In this document: positions 12,281 to 25,795 of the stretch, in pieces
How the letters are laid out: every line of letters begins with the position of its first letter
Numbering within the stretch: position 1 is the stretch's first letter
Origin: Leidyana gryllorum EB-2025a
Lineage: Eukaryota; Protista; Apicomplexa
Direction of reading: 5' to 3'
NCBI GenBank assembly: GCA_048772705.1
Contig: JBLWGC010000230.1
Span: 806,001 to 870,000, forward strand
DNA length: 64,000 bases
Notes under the pieces: model-generated
Told to the model about the DNA's origin: nothing
What the model saw: only the letters and a program-made list of their open reading frames with translations
Database searches by the model: none
Translations under genes and position numbers: made by a program

Positions 12281-15200
12281 ATGAAGCTGAATACTATTAT
12301 CGCTGCACTCTACTGGCTTGGATGGCTGTGGGAGGACCGAACATGGTTTTGCTCGGCCGAACCGTAAGTTTCCGGGTGCCCAATTTTGTATGCACTAGAT
12401 TAGAGTGAGATGGGGAACACAGCAAACTACGAAGAAAGGCAACAAAAGAACGAAGACACCACAAACCTCTCTCAAAACGTAAGTCCCCACTGAGACTCTC
12501 CCAGATTCCCGCAATAGGCAGAAGAAGGCGGAGAATGCACGAACTGCACAGTGAGTTTTGCTAGTCAGGCTTTTATCACAGATCGACTGCAGAACGAAGA
12601 AATCCAACACCCCCGTACCCGCGAAAGAAGTCAACAAGAAGTGAGACAGACTGCAGCATCGGACGTGACTTCTGTTCGTAGATCCAATGCCCCCGCATCA
12701 ATGCCAGACGAAAACTCCGTCATTCAGGCAGCCTCACATAAAAAGTGAGTTATTGTGAGAGTAGTCTTTCTTAGTCGTCCAACTCAGATCTGGAACTACT
12801 AAGGCCCAGAAGGTGAAGAAAGACAAAGAACCTGCGCAGTGAGTCAAAGATCTACCAAAACGATCACACCTGATTTAGGAAGACCGCAGTCCATCTTCAA
12901 GTTCCGCCTGCGAAGTGAGTCATTCAATAGCTTCTGTGTGTGAAGCGATCGGCACTAGGGGGTCAGTCAGTGGCACAGCCGCGGTGGCTACTCCGGTTGC
13001 ATCGGCAAAAGGTAACTCTTTATTTAGCCATCTCAATTCCATCCAACTTCAGGCTCAGTTGGAACTACGCAACTAACTGCAGCTGAAGTTGCAGCACCCA
13101 AAGGGGGGATCGGAGGGGCCAATAGGGTCTCCGCTCAGAATGAAGCCGCAATAGGGCGTCATGGTCAGGCGTCAAGTTCACTTCATGCTGGCAAAGCCGC
13201 CAAAGGTAGCACTGCAGGGAGTTCCCTTACAGTCTTGGAACCAGTCTCAGCTAGTGGAAATCAGCAAGGTGGGACGCAATAGTCAAGTACAACCAAAATG
13301 CAGCTGCCGCAACAGGCTTGGTTTCTACCAATCACGGAACTTCCCATGCCACTGGATCGCACAGTGGCAGCACAGTTGGGCATGGCGGGCTCGCGAAATC
13401 CTCTGCAAGTAAGTCACATGAACTGCTGAGCCTCACAGGATGTAGGTGGTGCTGGGACCGTGACGGCCCACGGTGCCGGCCATCATACACCGGGCAGCGT
13501 GAACGGGTCCACGTCCCACACGCAAATGGCGCCTCAAGCTACAGGAGGCGTGGCCGGCTCCACTTCGTCAGCACTGACGGGTCAATCGAGTCAGGGCGTG
13601 GTGGGCGGTACCTCGAACCTTCATACGAACGGGGGCGCGTCAACAGGACAAGCCGGAGGTGTATCTCTACAAGCCCAGCAGCTTTCCCAGGCCAATGGTG
13701 GCGTTGGTGGGATAGCAGCAGGGCAGCAAAGTGGTACACTGTCTGGAGGGACGGTCGCAGGTACGCGCATATATGTGAATGAGAAGAAGGTACTGTCGAT
13801 CATGCAGGGGTGACTGGACTTGAGGATCAATTGCATGGGGCGAGCGGAAAATATCTTGGAGTCGAAACGGAATTGGACTTAGGCAGGACCGGGGCCGCAG
13901 GCTCTCTTGACGGTGCCGCGGCCCATCATGGAGTCTCATCCGGCGCAGCCGGAGGTGGAACCGCTGGGGTTGGAAGCAGCCTTCTAACCGCATCTGGAGC
14001 CGCCGGCGGATCAGCCACTGGAGCGGCCTCAGACTTCACTAGCCCATCTGGGATCGCGGGCGGGTCGACTGGAGGAGTCAATTCGCAATTTGGCGGCACG
14101 CCCGGAACAGCTGGCGGGTCGACTGGAGGAGTGAATTCGCAATTTGGCGGCACGCCCGGAACAGCTGGTGGATCGACTGGAGGAGTGAATTCGCAATTTG
14201 GCGGCACGCCCGGAACAGCTGGTGGATCGACTGGAGGAGTGAATTCGCAATTTGGCGGCACGCCCGGAACAGCTGGTGGATCGACTGGAGGAGTGAATTC
14301 GCAATTTGGCGGCACGCCCGGAACAGCTGGTGGATCGACTGGAGGAGCTTCGTCCGACTTTGCTGTGGCATCTGGGCCGTCGGGAGGCTCTGTAGGCGGT
14401 GTCAACAATGCTTTCTCCGCGTCACCTGGTATGGCTGGTGGTAGCACCGGAACATACCATGTCGCCAACGAGGCTGGCAAACAGGCAGCGGGCAGTGTTG
14501 GAGGATACGAAGTGGTAAATCAAGCAACTTCTCAAGCCCACGGGTCGGTTGGGGGTTACGAGATCACAGGTGAGTCTTATCATCCGGCCGGCAGCTCAAG
14601 CGAGTTTCATAGATCCGAATCTTATGCCATATGACTACGAGGGTGAAATTGAACTCCCCCCCGAAGAGTTCCCGGAGGAGTTTCAGGCCCGCCCCCCTGC
14701 GCGTAAGTCGAACCCACCCTGAATGAGCCATGATCTCTGTTGTGTCATTGCAGAGGCGGTAGAAGTACCTCACAACGGCCGGCCTCCACCTCAAGACTTC
14801 ATCGAAGAGTTTCCAGCTGAGCCACTGCAAGGTGGTCATGGAGGCGTCACGGGCGACTTCACTGGTTCGGAAGAGCCAGTACGTGGTGGTAATGGCGGTG
14901 TTACCAGTGACTTCCTCACGCCAGAGAATGCTGGTGGAGGAACAGGATATGCTCAGGGAGAACATACCACATCAGATAACCCCGTCAGGGGTAACGTTAT
15001 GGGTGTGGAGCTGACCCGACCGGAGTCGGAGCGACTCTATGAAACGCCAGGCGACTTTGAGCTCGACGAGTTCCTTCCACCGCCAGAAGAAACGCCTCGC
15101 ATAGTTGAGGAGCCACATTATGCTGAAGAGCATGAGTAGGTACCATTTTTGACCAACATTCACGTCCATACGCAGGGAGCCCGAGCACAACCATGAGGTG

Positions 15201-15925
15201 TTTGACGTGGATCTTTACCGTCGGGTACCAGTGGAGTCTGAATCTCCCCCGGAGTTTCACGAACCAGAGGTGCCCGCCCTACCAGAGCTTGAAGAGCCAT
15301 CACCTGTTCCTCCACTTCCGGAACTTCCCGAAGCACCGCGCCCCTTAGAAGAGGAATATCCAGAAGAGGAGGAAGAAGAAGAAGAGGAGGAGCCTGAGGA
15401 GGAAGAACCAATGAAGGAAGTGCCCGATATTGCGGTGCCTGTCGAAGAAGAAGAAGAGGAAGAACCGCCTGAGGACGAGGACGAATTCGAAGAATTCCCT
15501 CCAGCGAAGGTCCATGAGCCAAAAGAGCCCCATTATGCGATACAAGAGCCGTAAGTCGGAACCAAATTAACGCAAAGCATGTCCGTTGTTGCAGACCGCG
15601 AGAACCCGCTCATATTCCAATGCTGCCAGCAGAGAAGAACGTTCCACCAGAGCCTTGCCCTCCGGAAACACCAGCTCCGGCTGCCCCAGTTCAGGTGATC
15701 CCCCCGGCGCCCCCTCAGCCGATAATAATCCATTCTGGTTGCGCTAACTGTGGCGGGGGAGGCTCATTGATTCCAGTGCCATGGCCAATGCCCATGACGC
15801 AACATTTGCGTCATAGACACAGGTGTATCTGCCAGACGATGCATTGTCATGAGTGTCACGATGCCTACGGAATCGGGGAAGCCGGACTTGGGCCGATGGA
15901 GGAGGCTGAGTTGGAGGTTGAGTGA
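12281..15925 (+). CDS. Putative secreted/surface protein: signal peptide, Gly/Ser/Thr-rich repeats, Glu/Pro-rich region, Cys/His-rich C-terminus
   Basis: First exon MKLNTIIAALYWLGWLWEDRTWFCSAEP|gtaag; many short GT-AG exons; ORFs 13810-14634, 14723-15139, 15198-15554 and 15620-15925 are co-linear. Confidence 0.65.
14059..14347 (+). repeat. Coding tandem repeat, 54 bp x ~5.3 (GGSTGGVNSQFGGTPGTA)
   Basis: Near-identical copies of gg(c/t)gg(g/a)tcgactggaggagt(c/g)aattcgcaatttggcggcacgcccggaacagct, with no spacers. Confidence 0.97.
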
Positions 15926-15933
15926 TTTTTTCG

Positions 15934-16549
15934 ATGTCCATGGTCACTGTACAGTTGTGGAACAAGATTTGTCGTGAGATGGGCGAGCTGGGGCAGGCCA
16001 GCCTAGCGCTATTGAAGGAGGGTATTGCCAGCCGGGAACGCTGTTTGGCGGCATATATGGCTTGCGGTGGCGGGGTAGTGGGGAGCAAGTGCGAGGTGGA
16101 AAGGTTGGCAAGTCGCGAGCTGTGTCTGAAGTGTGGAGGGGACGCCATCCGGCCACATTTGCGGGCTGCTCAGCAGTTGTTAGACCGTTTAAAGAGTGTC
16201 CAAGCGGAGAGTTGGGTTAGAATGTTTGTGGGAATGGAGGAAGCACAATTGAGTTGGCGGATCAGTGAAGCTCAGACGATGTTGGAGGTGATGTTGGAGG
16301 CGGTGCGTGAGTGTGTGGAAGGTGAGGAATATCTGTGGCGTCTGCGTGATGGGTACTGGAGTGGCGGTGAAGGATTGCTGAGCGAGATGGCCTGTCGAAT
16401 GGAGGATCTGGGCGAGAGTCAGGTGTGTTTGCTATATCTATGTTTGTTGCCCGAATTGAGGGTTTTGTTTTGTTCTTCAGAGAGAGTATATATGCAGAGT
16501 GAACAACAAGCTACTAGGTTTGAGTCCTCAGGAGATGTGTTGCAGCTGA
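15934..16549 (+). CDS. Hypothetical helical protein
   Basis: ORF 15922-16575 with first ATG at 15934; a probable intron at ~16423-16480 gives a stop at 16549. Confidence 0.5.
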
Positions 16550-17718
16550 TCAGCACTACGAGTGTGTGTGTCTAGAGGGGGTGGAGACCGGGTGAAGTTG
16601 TAGGGGGCTTCCAATACGGCGCGTCGAGCGAGGCGATCGGTCAATCTGTGCAGTACCGAGCAGTAGGTGGGAGCGAACCAGACGGCCAGATTGGCGTGAT
16701 AGAGTTGCTCATAGAGTTGATAGTAATTCTAAGAGGGTGATGAGGCGGAGGATGAGGAGGGGCTTTTGGTTACCTCTAGATGGGCCACTATCAAGAAGCC
16801 GTTCCTTTTGTACATGGTGATGGCGGTCTCGTTGTAGCTGGCAACGTGTAGCATGAGGAACTGCGTGTGATGATTGAGCGGGAAGTGAGATTTGAGGGGG
16901 ACATTTACCTTTCTGCCTCGTTTCATGACCTCCTCTTTGGTGACATTGAGTAGTGCGGTTGCGAGTCCTTTACCTCTTACTTCCTCTGCGACCCCGAGTG
17001 TGAGTATATAGGCAGCTACGTCTCTAAGTGAGTCGAAGAGTTGTTCAGGCCAGTAGTCCAGCATGGAAGCGATGACGTGGTCGTAGTGGTCAACTATGTC
17101 ATTCATGGTGGGGCTCTCGACGTCGAGTGCATAGGCGTCAGCGTTGAGAAGAGACCAAAGTCTCCGGAGAGTTTCGTATTTCAGAACAGCGCAGAGGTCC
17201 TACTACAAAACATGCATTTGGAGGCAATGTATGTGTCCGCTCACGGTGGTCTGAAGATTGCTGGTGAAGCTGACAATACTCAAGCCAACAATAGGGTCTG
17301 CGGGGAGGGGTGGTTCCGGTCTGGGGGTTAACCAGAAGTTCCAGGAGCCAAACCACGAAGCATTCTGAGCCCCATTATTTTGGAGTAGTGACTCGGGTGG
17401 GTTGTTGGCGGTTGCAGGCGGCGGCTGCTTATAGACACAAGCCATACTGAAGTATTCTGTCCCGACAGCGGCATTGAAGAACTGTTCGTCATAGTTGACG
17501 GGAAACCACTCTTTGTGGAGGGCTTTTATAGTTTCCGAATCTTCCGAGTTCAGAAGGCGAAAGTAGAAATCGCTGGAGGGATCTACAGTGTTGTTGGACG
17601 TGAGGACGAGTCGGGAGGTGTTCAGTAAATGGGGTTGCTTTATAAGTCGCCTCCAGGGTGCCAGGAGGGGGGGCGGCTCTCGACCCTTGGGAATGGCAGA
17701 AGATGTATTCTGCAACAT
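16528..17718 (-). CDS. NAA60: GNAT N-acetyltransferase, NAA60/NAT15-like
   Basis: IKALHKEWFPVNYDEQFF, AYILTLGVAEEVRGKGLATALL (acetyl-CoA binding RxxGxA), LHVASYNETAITMYKRNGF, NYYQ. Confidence 0.8.
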
Positions 17719-17803
17719 CGTTTTGTATCAATAAGAACGTGAGACGTCCCAAAAAATTTACGAACTCCGCTTGTTGTGAGTCGCCCCCAGCCTCGCCGCG
17801 AAC

Positions 17804-18275
17804 ATGTCTGATTATACGCTGCGAGTGCGCAAATTTATGCCCAATGTGCTCCTTCAGCGCAAACAGTTCCATATCGAGGTAAGCGCACCTATACTATCCA
17901 TTTCCCTCATATCTTTTCGCTACACAGATAATTCATCCCGGTCAAGGCACTGTGCCCAAGCAAACCATCCGTGAGCAATTGGCCAAGATTTACAAAATCA
18001 ACGATGTGAACCGCGTTGTTGTCGGTGGATTCGCTGTCGCCTTCGGTGGCGGCCGCTCTACTGGCTTTGGCCGCATCTACGATTCTGTGAACGCCGCCAA
18101 GAAGTTCGAGCGCAACTACAGACTCGCCCGTCTTGGTATCTGCGGCACCAAAACCGAGGAGGCCCAGGCTGCTGGCAAGCCCCTGGTCACTCGCAGAGCC
18201 AAGAAAGACATCAAGACCCGCAGAGCTAAGGTCCGCGGCACTGCCAAGACCAAGGTCTCTGGTGGCAAGAAGTAG
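17804..18275 (+). CDS. RPS24: 40S ribosomal protein S24 (eS24)
   Basis: MSDYTLRVRKFMPNVLLQRKQFHIE|IIHPGQGTVPK..FGGGRSTGFGRIYDS..KVRGTAKTK; one intron at ~17879-17927. Confidence 0.97.
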
Positions 18276-18562
18276 ACACCACACACCATACTCGTGGACG
18301 TTTTTGCGTGCCGCTTGGGGGGCCCGATTAACAACGAAACCATTCACACTAAGTTCGGAATCTTCTCTTCTTGTGATTTGGTCAATCACCAACTCAACTC
18401 AACTCACACAGTGCCATTATGCCATAACACACGCACACACACACACGCGTGCGCGGCAAGGAGACACACACATAATCATCTATGTGTGTGTGTTTGAGCA
18501 CATACCCCGTTGCTTTCGTGCTAGCACAATCAAACCACTTCTGGGAGTACCAAAAAAACGTT

Positions 18563-21426
18563 TCAATGTGAAGCTCGATAGCCGCGGGGGGAGAGTGAGC
18601 CGGAGCCGTACACCCCGCGGGCCAGTGCTCCGAGATCAGTCACTGTGTAAGTGGTACCATCTGGTATTACTATGGGGTCAGTATCTGTTTCACACAAACC
18701 TTGTGCGCAATTATTCCGATCCCGCCCGCACACCTCTACCTCTTCTTTGTCTCGCAGCATCGATCGGCAGAATCGAATCTTGTTTAGTTCATTGCTGACC
18801 AGCATGTTCGATCCCGTCATGCTTAATGGAAGGATCGGCAAGTCGTCTGCAGTGTACCGGCCTGGAGGCACTTGATCACAATGGATCCGCCCCAGATAGT
18901 GCTTTCCGATAATGGCTGGTCGTCGTGGCCGTGGCATACTTGCTGGTCCTCCGCGGGTCATCCTCATGATGATGTGTTTAGTTTCCTTTGACGGTGCCAA
19001 CACCCCATGGCACCAATCACAATTCAAATGTAATATGCCTAATTGGAAGACCGATGGGCACTGGCTGCATTTTTTCCCTCACCTCCATATTCGTAGAGAG
19101 CACGGAGCAGTTCATAGACCGCACGACCACGAGGGTCGGCCGCATTGTCGATGTCGAATACGATCTGGTGCTGTCGACCTGGATCGGCGCGGGAGAAGCA
19201 GGATCGTGGCCATTCGGCCACAGCACCAAACGGATATGCGCCATAGAACATACTATGAAGGGGGGAGTTATTGGAAGGCACAGCTGGGCGAAGAGAGTGT
19301 CTCACCGCGCGAACGACTCGTCATATGAGACCCGAAGATTTGCACCGTGCGCAGCAGTGAAGAGAATTCCAAGATCTTGGCCCCCGACGGTAAATCCGCG
19401 TTCCACATCGAAAATCCAGGTGCCCTTTTGTCTCCCATTCCGATCGGCAATGTCCGCCATGAACAGATTATTGCCAAGAAATAGCCCCGCACCAGATACG
19501 CCTAATCGAAAATGCTCATCAGACTCCTCTGGAATTTGACTGTAACCGTTGACGAACATTTTCTCCGTCACTTCGTCGCTCGCACACCCATCTGCCTTGA
19601 ACTGCAGTTGCACGCACTTGTGACCACAGACACACACACACAAACTGCCAATGACTCACCACCACAGTAGTCAACCGGTGTGGAAGGATAACGGTCATAT
19701 CATTGAACTCTGAAGGTACGGCTGAGGATCGGCACCAGTCAATCGTTTCCCACGCTCCCTTGACCAACGCAGCAACTGGTACCTAAGAGAGAGTGCGAGA
19801 ATCGGTCTCTGACGACGGCTGGCCACCAACCTCTCCAGCGATCCACGCGTCTCCGCAGCAGCGACTGGCCACTTTCCGCAGCTCGAGGGCGCCCAGAGCC
19901 GACAGGTCAGCGTTCGGGGCGAGGGACGCATGGCGATCAAGCGGTTGCGATATTCCGCGCCAGTAGGCTACGAGGTCCCACAGCCACCCGGCAAATCCAC
20001 GGTTTATAGTTTCATTTATGAATGGGTTTGCTTCAGGCGAGTTAGTAAACGATAGCGTCACGGGGGATGTTGGTGACGACCGTTTGTTGGCGTAGCATCC
20101 CAATTGGTAAAGCCACGAGGCCTCAATCATGTCCGGAACGGGTGCCCAAGTGAGACCAACAGCGGCCAAGTAGGCCGCGTAGGCCTGCCACCAATCATAG
20201 CCGTGGATGCTCACCCCCTTACCTCAGCCAGGTGGTCTGGTCGGGATCCCAGCAACCGCCAGGCCGCTTCCCAAGGACATCCCAAGCGTGTGGCCGGAGG
20301 ATTATTGTGTTCAGTCGCACATGCTACAGATGACGTGGCGGTCGTACTGTGCCCCGTACTTTCTGCAGTACTTCGAGGCGAGGGTGGAGCAGACGAAATA
20401 GGTATCACTAAATGGAAACTTCGTGTGTCGCGTTGTTCCACCAGACGGGTGAAGAGCATTGCCGACTCAAGCCCTTCAATTGTAGCGAATAACCACCGGA
20501 GTTCATTAAGTCGGGTGGGCGCCACATCGTTGATCTGCTCACCATCCGGTCAATTATTGTATACAATCATTCAATTGCTCAATAGTCACCGACCAATAAA
20601 TTTATCTTCTTCGGGTCCTCCTGAGACCCATAGGTCGCTGGTATCAGTTTACAGGCTGGAACACGGGGCCACTCCGTTCCTGCAGTCTCTGAGGCCGCTT
20701 TCGTCGTCCTCGCAGTTTCCATCTCCACTAGAAACTCGTTTCTAAGGCGAGGCCGCACTGTCAGCGGAGCCTCGGATCGCTGCTGAGCCTCCAACTCAAT
20801 GGCTCGACTCAGCATTACCTGCAGCCCGCATCACTCCGACCCTCCACGCGAGATTGATCAATCAATCAATCAATCCATCTCATCAAAAACATGTACAATC
20901 AGCCCACGCCCAACAAGGAATACAGAGGCCACTTCCAATCACCGAAAGATATAACGTTGGACTCAAAATACATCAAGATTGCCGCCCTGCTTGCCTCCGA
21001 GACGCCGTCCACACACACATATGTACACACAAAGCGCATGCACGATGACTGCTCATTCCACACAGCACAGACAGCACCAGAAGTGAGCAAATGCAATAGT
21101 ACCTCAGACAGGCTGAAAGGAGTGGCAGTAGGATCAATGACGGGGTAAGAATTCGATGAAGCAGAATCCTGTGTAATACGAGCAGGAGGACTCGGTTTTC
21201 TGACGAGTTTGAAGTGACGACACGAGAATGTCGTTGTCATGATGCTCGGAGAGTCGGTTTGATAAACCGATCTCCCGCCGTTGGGCATAACCGTCCACTG
21301 GAAGGCTGCCAATGTAGAGAATGCGAAAGATTGACTGAGCATGTAAAGTCGCCCATTTTCATATGGTCGCTCGTCGCTGGGGGAGCTGACCAACACTGCT
21401 TCTTGATGAAGTGGCAACGCAGCCAT
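18563..21426 (-). CDS. Multi-exon hypothetical protein (possibly two genes)
   Basis: Chain of minus-strand ORFs (20899-21432, 20579-20815, 20211-20525, 19783-20214, 19302-19643, 19039-19305, 18563-19027) separated by GT-AG introns; no family recognised. Confidence 0.55.
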
Positions 21427-21526
21427 ATTCACCCGGGATTAATGCAGACTGCGAACAAATAATGAGGAGGTGGCTCCTCTCACCGGTACCGAAAAAAATC
21501 GCTAGGCACTCGTGTTTTTTGACGCT

Positions 21527-21888
21527 ATGCCACCTCTCAACTTTGTTGTCAAACCGATCCCACTAACGAAAGAAAACAACAAAGTCGAAGCGAAGGGACC
21601 CTCAGACGATACCTTGCCATGGCTCAAAGGTACGCTACCGCCCCGTGCTGCTGTTCACAACCTGCTGGGACCACAGACCGAAATATCAGACGCGAGCTCG
21701 CTAGTCTCCCACCACAATCAGGACACAGAGTGACTCGTCAGAAACGTCTCATCCTCAAAGGCCCATCGTCAGCTGACAGGACTACCACAGACACAGATAA
21801 ACCATCGAGTCAGAAACAACAGCTAATCAAAGTCAAACGTGTGCAAGATGCCAAAATGATCGCTCGCAAACGCGGCAAGAAAGCCTAA
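21527..21888 (+). CDS. Small basic hypothetical protein
   Basis: MPPLNFVVKPIP..PWLK|intron|DRNIRRELASLP..KMIARKRGKKA*. Confidence 0.5.
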
Positions 21889-21985
21889 GTCACCCCGGAC
21901 CCCACTGAGACAGAGGCGCAATACATCACAATCTACTCACCTATAAATAAATTTTATCAGCTCCTCCTACACAAAAGTCGCCAAC

Positions 21986-22708
21986 ATGACGGAACAGCTC
22001 ACTGAGGAACAGATCGCTGAGTTCAAGGAGGCCTTCACTCTTTTTGATACTGATGCCGACGGAAGTGAGTAACCAGGTGGCTCTTCATGCTGCTACACTC
22101 TCTTCTTCTTCCTCCCAGACATCAGTACCAAGGAGCTGGGTACCGTCATGCGGTCACTGGGACAAAACCCAACTGAGGCAGAGCTGCAAGAGATGATCAA
22201 TGAGGTGGATAGCAATGGGTCTGGGACCATCGACTTTCCCGAGTTCCTCATGCTGATGGCCCGGAAAATGAAAGATACAGATACCGAAGAAGAGCTGATT
22301 GAAGCTTTCAGCGTCTTCGATCGTGAAGGAAACGGTAAGGCACCACCTCCACGTTCTGCGTAAAATCAGTGGCTACTTGTTCTACATTATGGCCCTCGGA
22401 ATGTCTCGGTGTGATGGAAAGAAAGCTCGCGTGTGCACGCGCGTGTGCGTACACGATGGATTAGTTGATTGATTTATCGTGGGTGTGGATGAAATGGTCG
22501 AATGTTCGGATGTAAAGGTGTGATTGGCCTCACAATGACTGGTTGTGTTTCAGGTGTAATCGCAGCGCAAGAGCTGCGTCATGTCATGACCAACTTGGGG
22601 GAAAAGCTAACCGATGAGGAGGTTGATGAAATGATTCGGGAGGCAGACATTGATGGAAACGGACAAATCTGCTACTCGGAGTTCGTCAAGATGATGATGG
22701 CCAAGTGA
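21986..22708 (+). CDS. CAM: Calmodulin (somewhat divergent), 3 exons
   Basis: [102 protein letters not shown]. Confidence 0.96.
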
Positions 22709-22929
22709 TAAATAAGCGTACCTGTGTTTTTGGGCAGGCCTGAGTCTGGACAGTGTTGGAGGCGAACTGCCAGTCTTTTAGACCGTTTTTGTTCATCATT
22801 CGACCTTCCACTTTGAAATCACACAGACGCACCTATACATAATCGTTCTCCGTGCGCAAAGTATTCATAGATGCCCGCGGGTCGCCTCGTTATCGACGAG
22901 AAGCCGACTAGGGCTCGAAGTCACAGCCC

Positions 22930-25177
22930 ATGCGAATTGGATTGTCGCGAGGGCAGCAACAGTGCCAGCAATCGACTCCAGGACCCCTCCTCGAACCTGG
23001 ATGGATCCGTACAGTATCATCAAGTGAGCTCTTTCCCGAATTTGAGTCTGGGTGAGTCCGATCGGAGACTGGCGAGAGATTCGTCTGTGTATAGCTAGGC
23101 AACAAGGATCGGTTATGGACTGCACACATGGTTATAGAGCAATTCTGAATTCTCTGGTTTCACGATATCAAAGTGGCGGCGAAGCGGTAGCCTTAACTGG
23201 TGCGCTGTCGCAGTGCTCACATTTGTGGGCTGAGGCTCTGGTTGACGCCACATCCCAGAGTGCAGGAGGTGGAGTAAACGCACTGCAGAACATTCACGAC
23301 ATTGCTGAGGCGGTGCCGGATGAACAGTTGCGTGATCTTAATAGAACCTTACTGGAATGCGCCCTTCTACAGGGCATTGCGGCGAACATGCTGCATACCT
23401 TGCTGACGGCGCCCAATACGGCGACCTGGAAATTGAACCCCGACCCACCTTCCACCACTTCTGCTGCTGAACCAGTAACAGTGGGCTCACTGCTTTCTCA
23501 ACTACAACCGTACGTCATCTGTTGATCTTACACTAATCTGTCCCTCCGAGTCGATCTTTCACCTCATATCTATTCTGCAGACCGACCAGCAGAAGTGGAG
23601 ATCTAAGGCTAGAGAACAACACAACAGGAGAGGTTTCGTCGTCCTCTTCTGCTGCTGCGGCCACTGCAGCGACCGGTGCCACAGGTACCCATACGGCACC
23701 TTCTACTAGTAACGTCGGACTGGAAGGGTTGCACATCCCTCAATTGGATTTGGACGCGCTGCTCGGCCCCCCGGCCACGGAGGAGAAGTATGAGGTCTGG
23801 CGACGTGCCGCCCGTCGGGCGGTGCAAAGGAAAGGAGCACCTTCTATGGGCAATCGCATCCGCTCCGTCTCAGATTTTGATCGCTCAACGCTTCGAGAAC
23901 CTATTTCCGAAGCAATTGACTTGAGGCCAGCCTGGATGCGTAGCGCGGCGCTTTCGTCAGTCTTGTCAAAAAATCTGGCAGCTGTGCTAACGGTCGACCC
24001 ATTCGCCTATGTTGAATGGAACATAGTGGGGTTCCAACGCGTGAGCCTATCCGCTTGTGCTTGTTCGATCTTCCCGTCCAGGTGGTCGCCGAGAAGCTCC
24101 ATGATCGCATCGTATCGCCCGAGATTCGATTCCGACCCTTCGCCCGTATTGATAGCACCCTTCAGCCACATTCATTAAGATTGATGGTGACCATCAATCG
24201 TCCGTCGACCGGGTCTGATTCTCCGCGATTAGGCATAGAATTCACTGTAAGTAGGACTGAGCATGGCAATGACTACTTTTGTGTGGCGTGTGTCTCCGTG
24301 TGTGCTTTCGTGTTTGACCGTGGTTTCCTCAACTCCTTCAGGTGGCCGAACCTATTGAAGTTTCATATCGTATAGTATCTTCTACCCACGTTTCTGAACC
24401 TCGCTGGCATGCCTTCAATGAGAAGCCATGGGCAGGGCTCAATCCGAGCGAAACGCAGCCTTTGCCAAAGCCAGCCCCAATTATGCTCACTGTTGGCGTG
24501 CTGATTGAGTCCATACGCCGGCCTCGGCTGAACTCTGTCAACAGTAATTTCAGTCGGAAGAATCCGTCAAGTAACAATGTGTAAGTGACGGCTCGGTTGA
24601 GTCAACTACGCAAGCTCAAAGTGCTGCTGTCTACGTCTGTGTGAATGCCAACACACGATCCTCTGCCGTTCCGTCTATGTCGCTTTGATGGTAGCTCTGC
24701 GCAACTCAAATGGTGCTCTTCAGACGACGGAAAGGAGGTAGCGGTGTTGATTTCGCTCATAGTGTCGGCGGGAGGAGAGGAACCGGCAGTGATGCTGCGT
24801 CCTCCCGTACGCCGACTCGTGTGCGGTCTCAATCGGATTGGCCGACAACGGGGACTGCGTCTGCAAGCGGGCGTGGAGCGGGGGAGGAGTCGGGTGGCGG
24901 AACGAGTGAGACTCCTCGCGTGTTGCCGTCGGCTTGTCTGCCCTCGCTCAGTAATTTGGCAGCTCCCTACGGTGGTGAACAATCAGTTAAAGATCTGTTG
25001 AGCGGGTGGGCGCGAGCGGTGCCTGCAGAGGCTGCGGAGAGGCTGAAGTATTCTCACATTCCGCTTCCTATGCAGAAGAGCTTGTCGCGAATGCAGTTGG
25101 ATCAGAATTCACTGATCTGTGAGGACCCGCAAAGACGGCAACTCATTTCCAGAATCTGGACGTCTGATAGCCCTTAG
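22930..25177 (+). CDS. Multi-exon hypothetical protein
   Basis: Co-linear ORFs 23052-23525, 23729-24178, 24016-24375, 24342-24584 and 24710-25177 with GT-AG junctions; start uncertain. Confidence 0.5.
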
Positions 25178-25232
25178 ATTTTTGGCTCCTTCCAGCTTTC
25201 TCGAACTTTCTTTGTTCACTTGGTTTTGCATC

Positions 25233-25699
25233 ATGACTGCACATGTCATGAAGGAAGTCTTTAGTCTTTTCGATAAGGATGCCGATGGCTTCATTGCCGG
25301 AATGGACCTGCCGATGGTCATAAGAGCGACCGGAGTGAACCCCTCTGATGCGGAGTTGAACAAGCTTCTGGCCGGAAAGGAGCACGAAGCGTTCGACTAT
25401 GCCCATTTTGCGGCGATATGTGGCCCTCTGCTCGAAGGGCGCGATATTCGAGCTGAAATGCAAAAGTCCTTCAAGCCCTTTGACCGTGATGGTTCGGGAG
25501 AGCTCTCCAGTGGTGAGTGTGTGATGGTCGGTCGGTCGGTCGGTCATATTCAGCGTGTTTAGGCGAACTCAAACATGTGATGAGGAATCTCAAGACTCAT
25601 TTGTCAGACGAGCAAATTGACCGTCTCATAGATTGTGCGGACCCCAATCGCACTGGCAAGATTGCTTACAATAGTCTAATTGACATGTTGCTGTCTTGA
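25233..25699 (+). CDS. Calmodulin-like / myosin light chain-like EF-hand protein
   Basis: KEVFSLFDKDADGFI..IRATGVNPSDAEL..FKPFDRDGSGELSS|GELKHVMRNL..ADPNRTGKIAY. Confidence 0.9.
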
Positions 25700-25795
25700 G
25701 AATACTACTTGGCTCCAAATGTTGCCCTGCTTGCCCTTAACTCAACTCCCTGCCTAAAGAACTCATTTCTCCGCACCTTCCTGCTTTTTTGTCTT

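Noticed and set aside
14059-14347. Regular 54 bp repeat as a CRISPR array
   Set aside because: There are no unique spacers, it is an in-frame coding repeat in a eukaryotic gene, and no cas genes are present.
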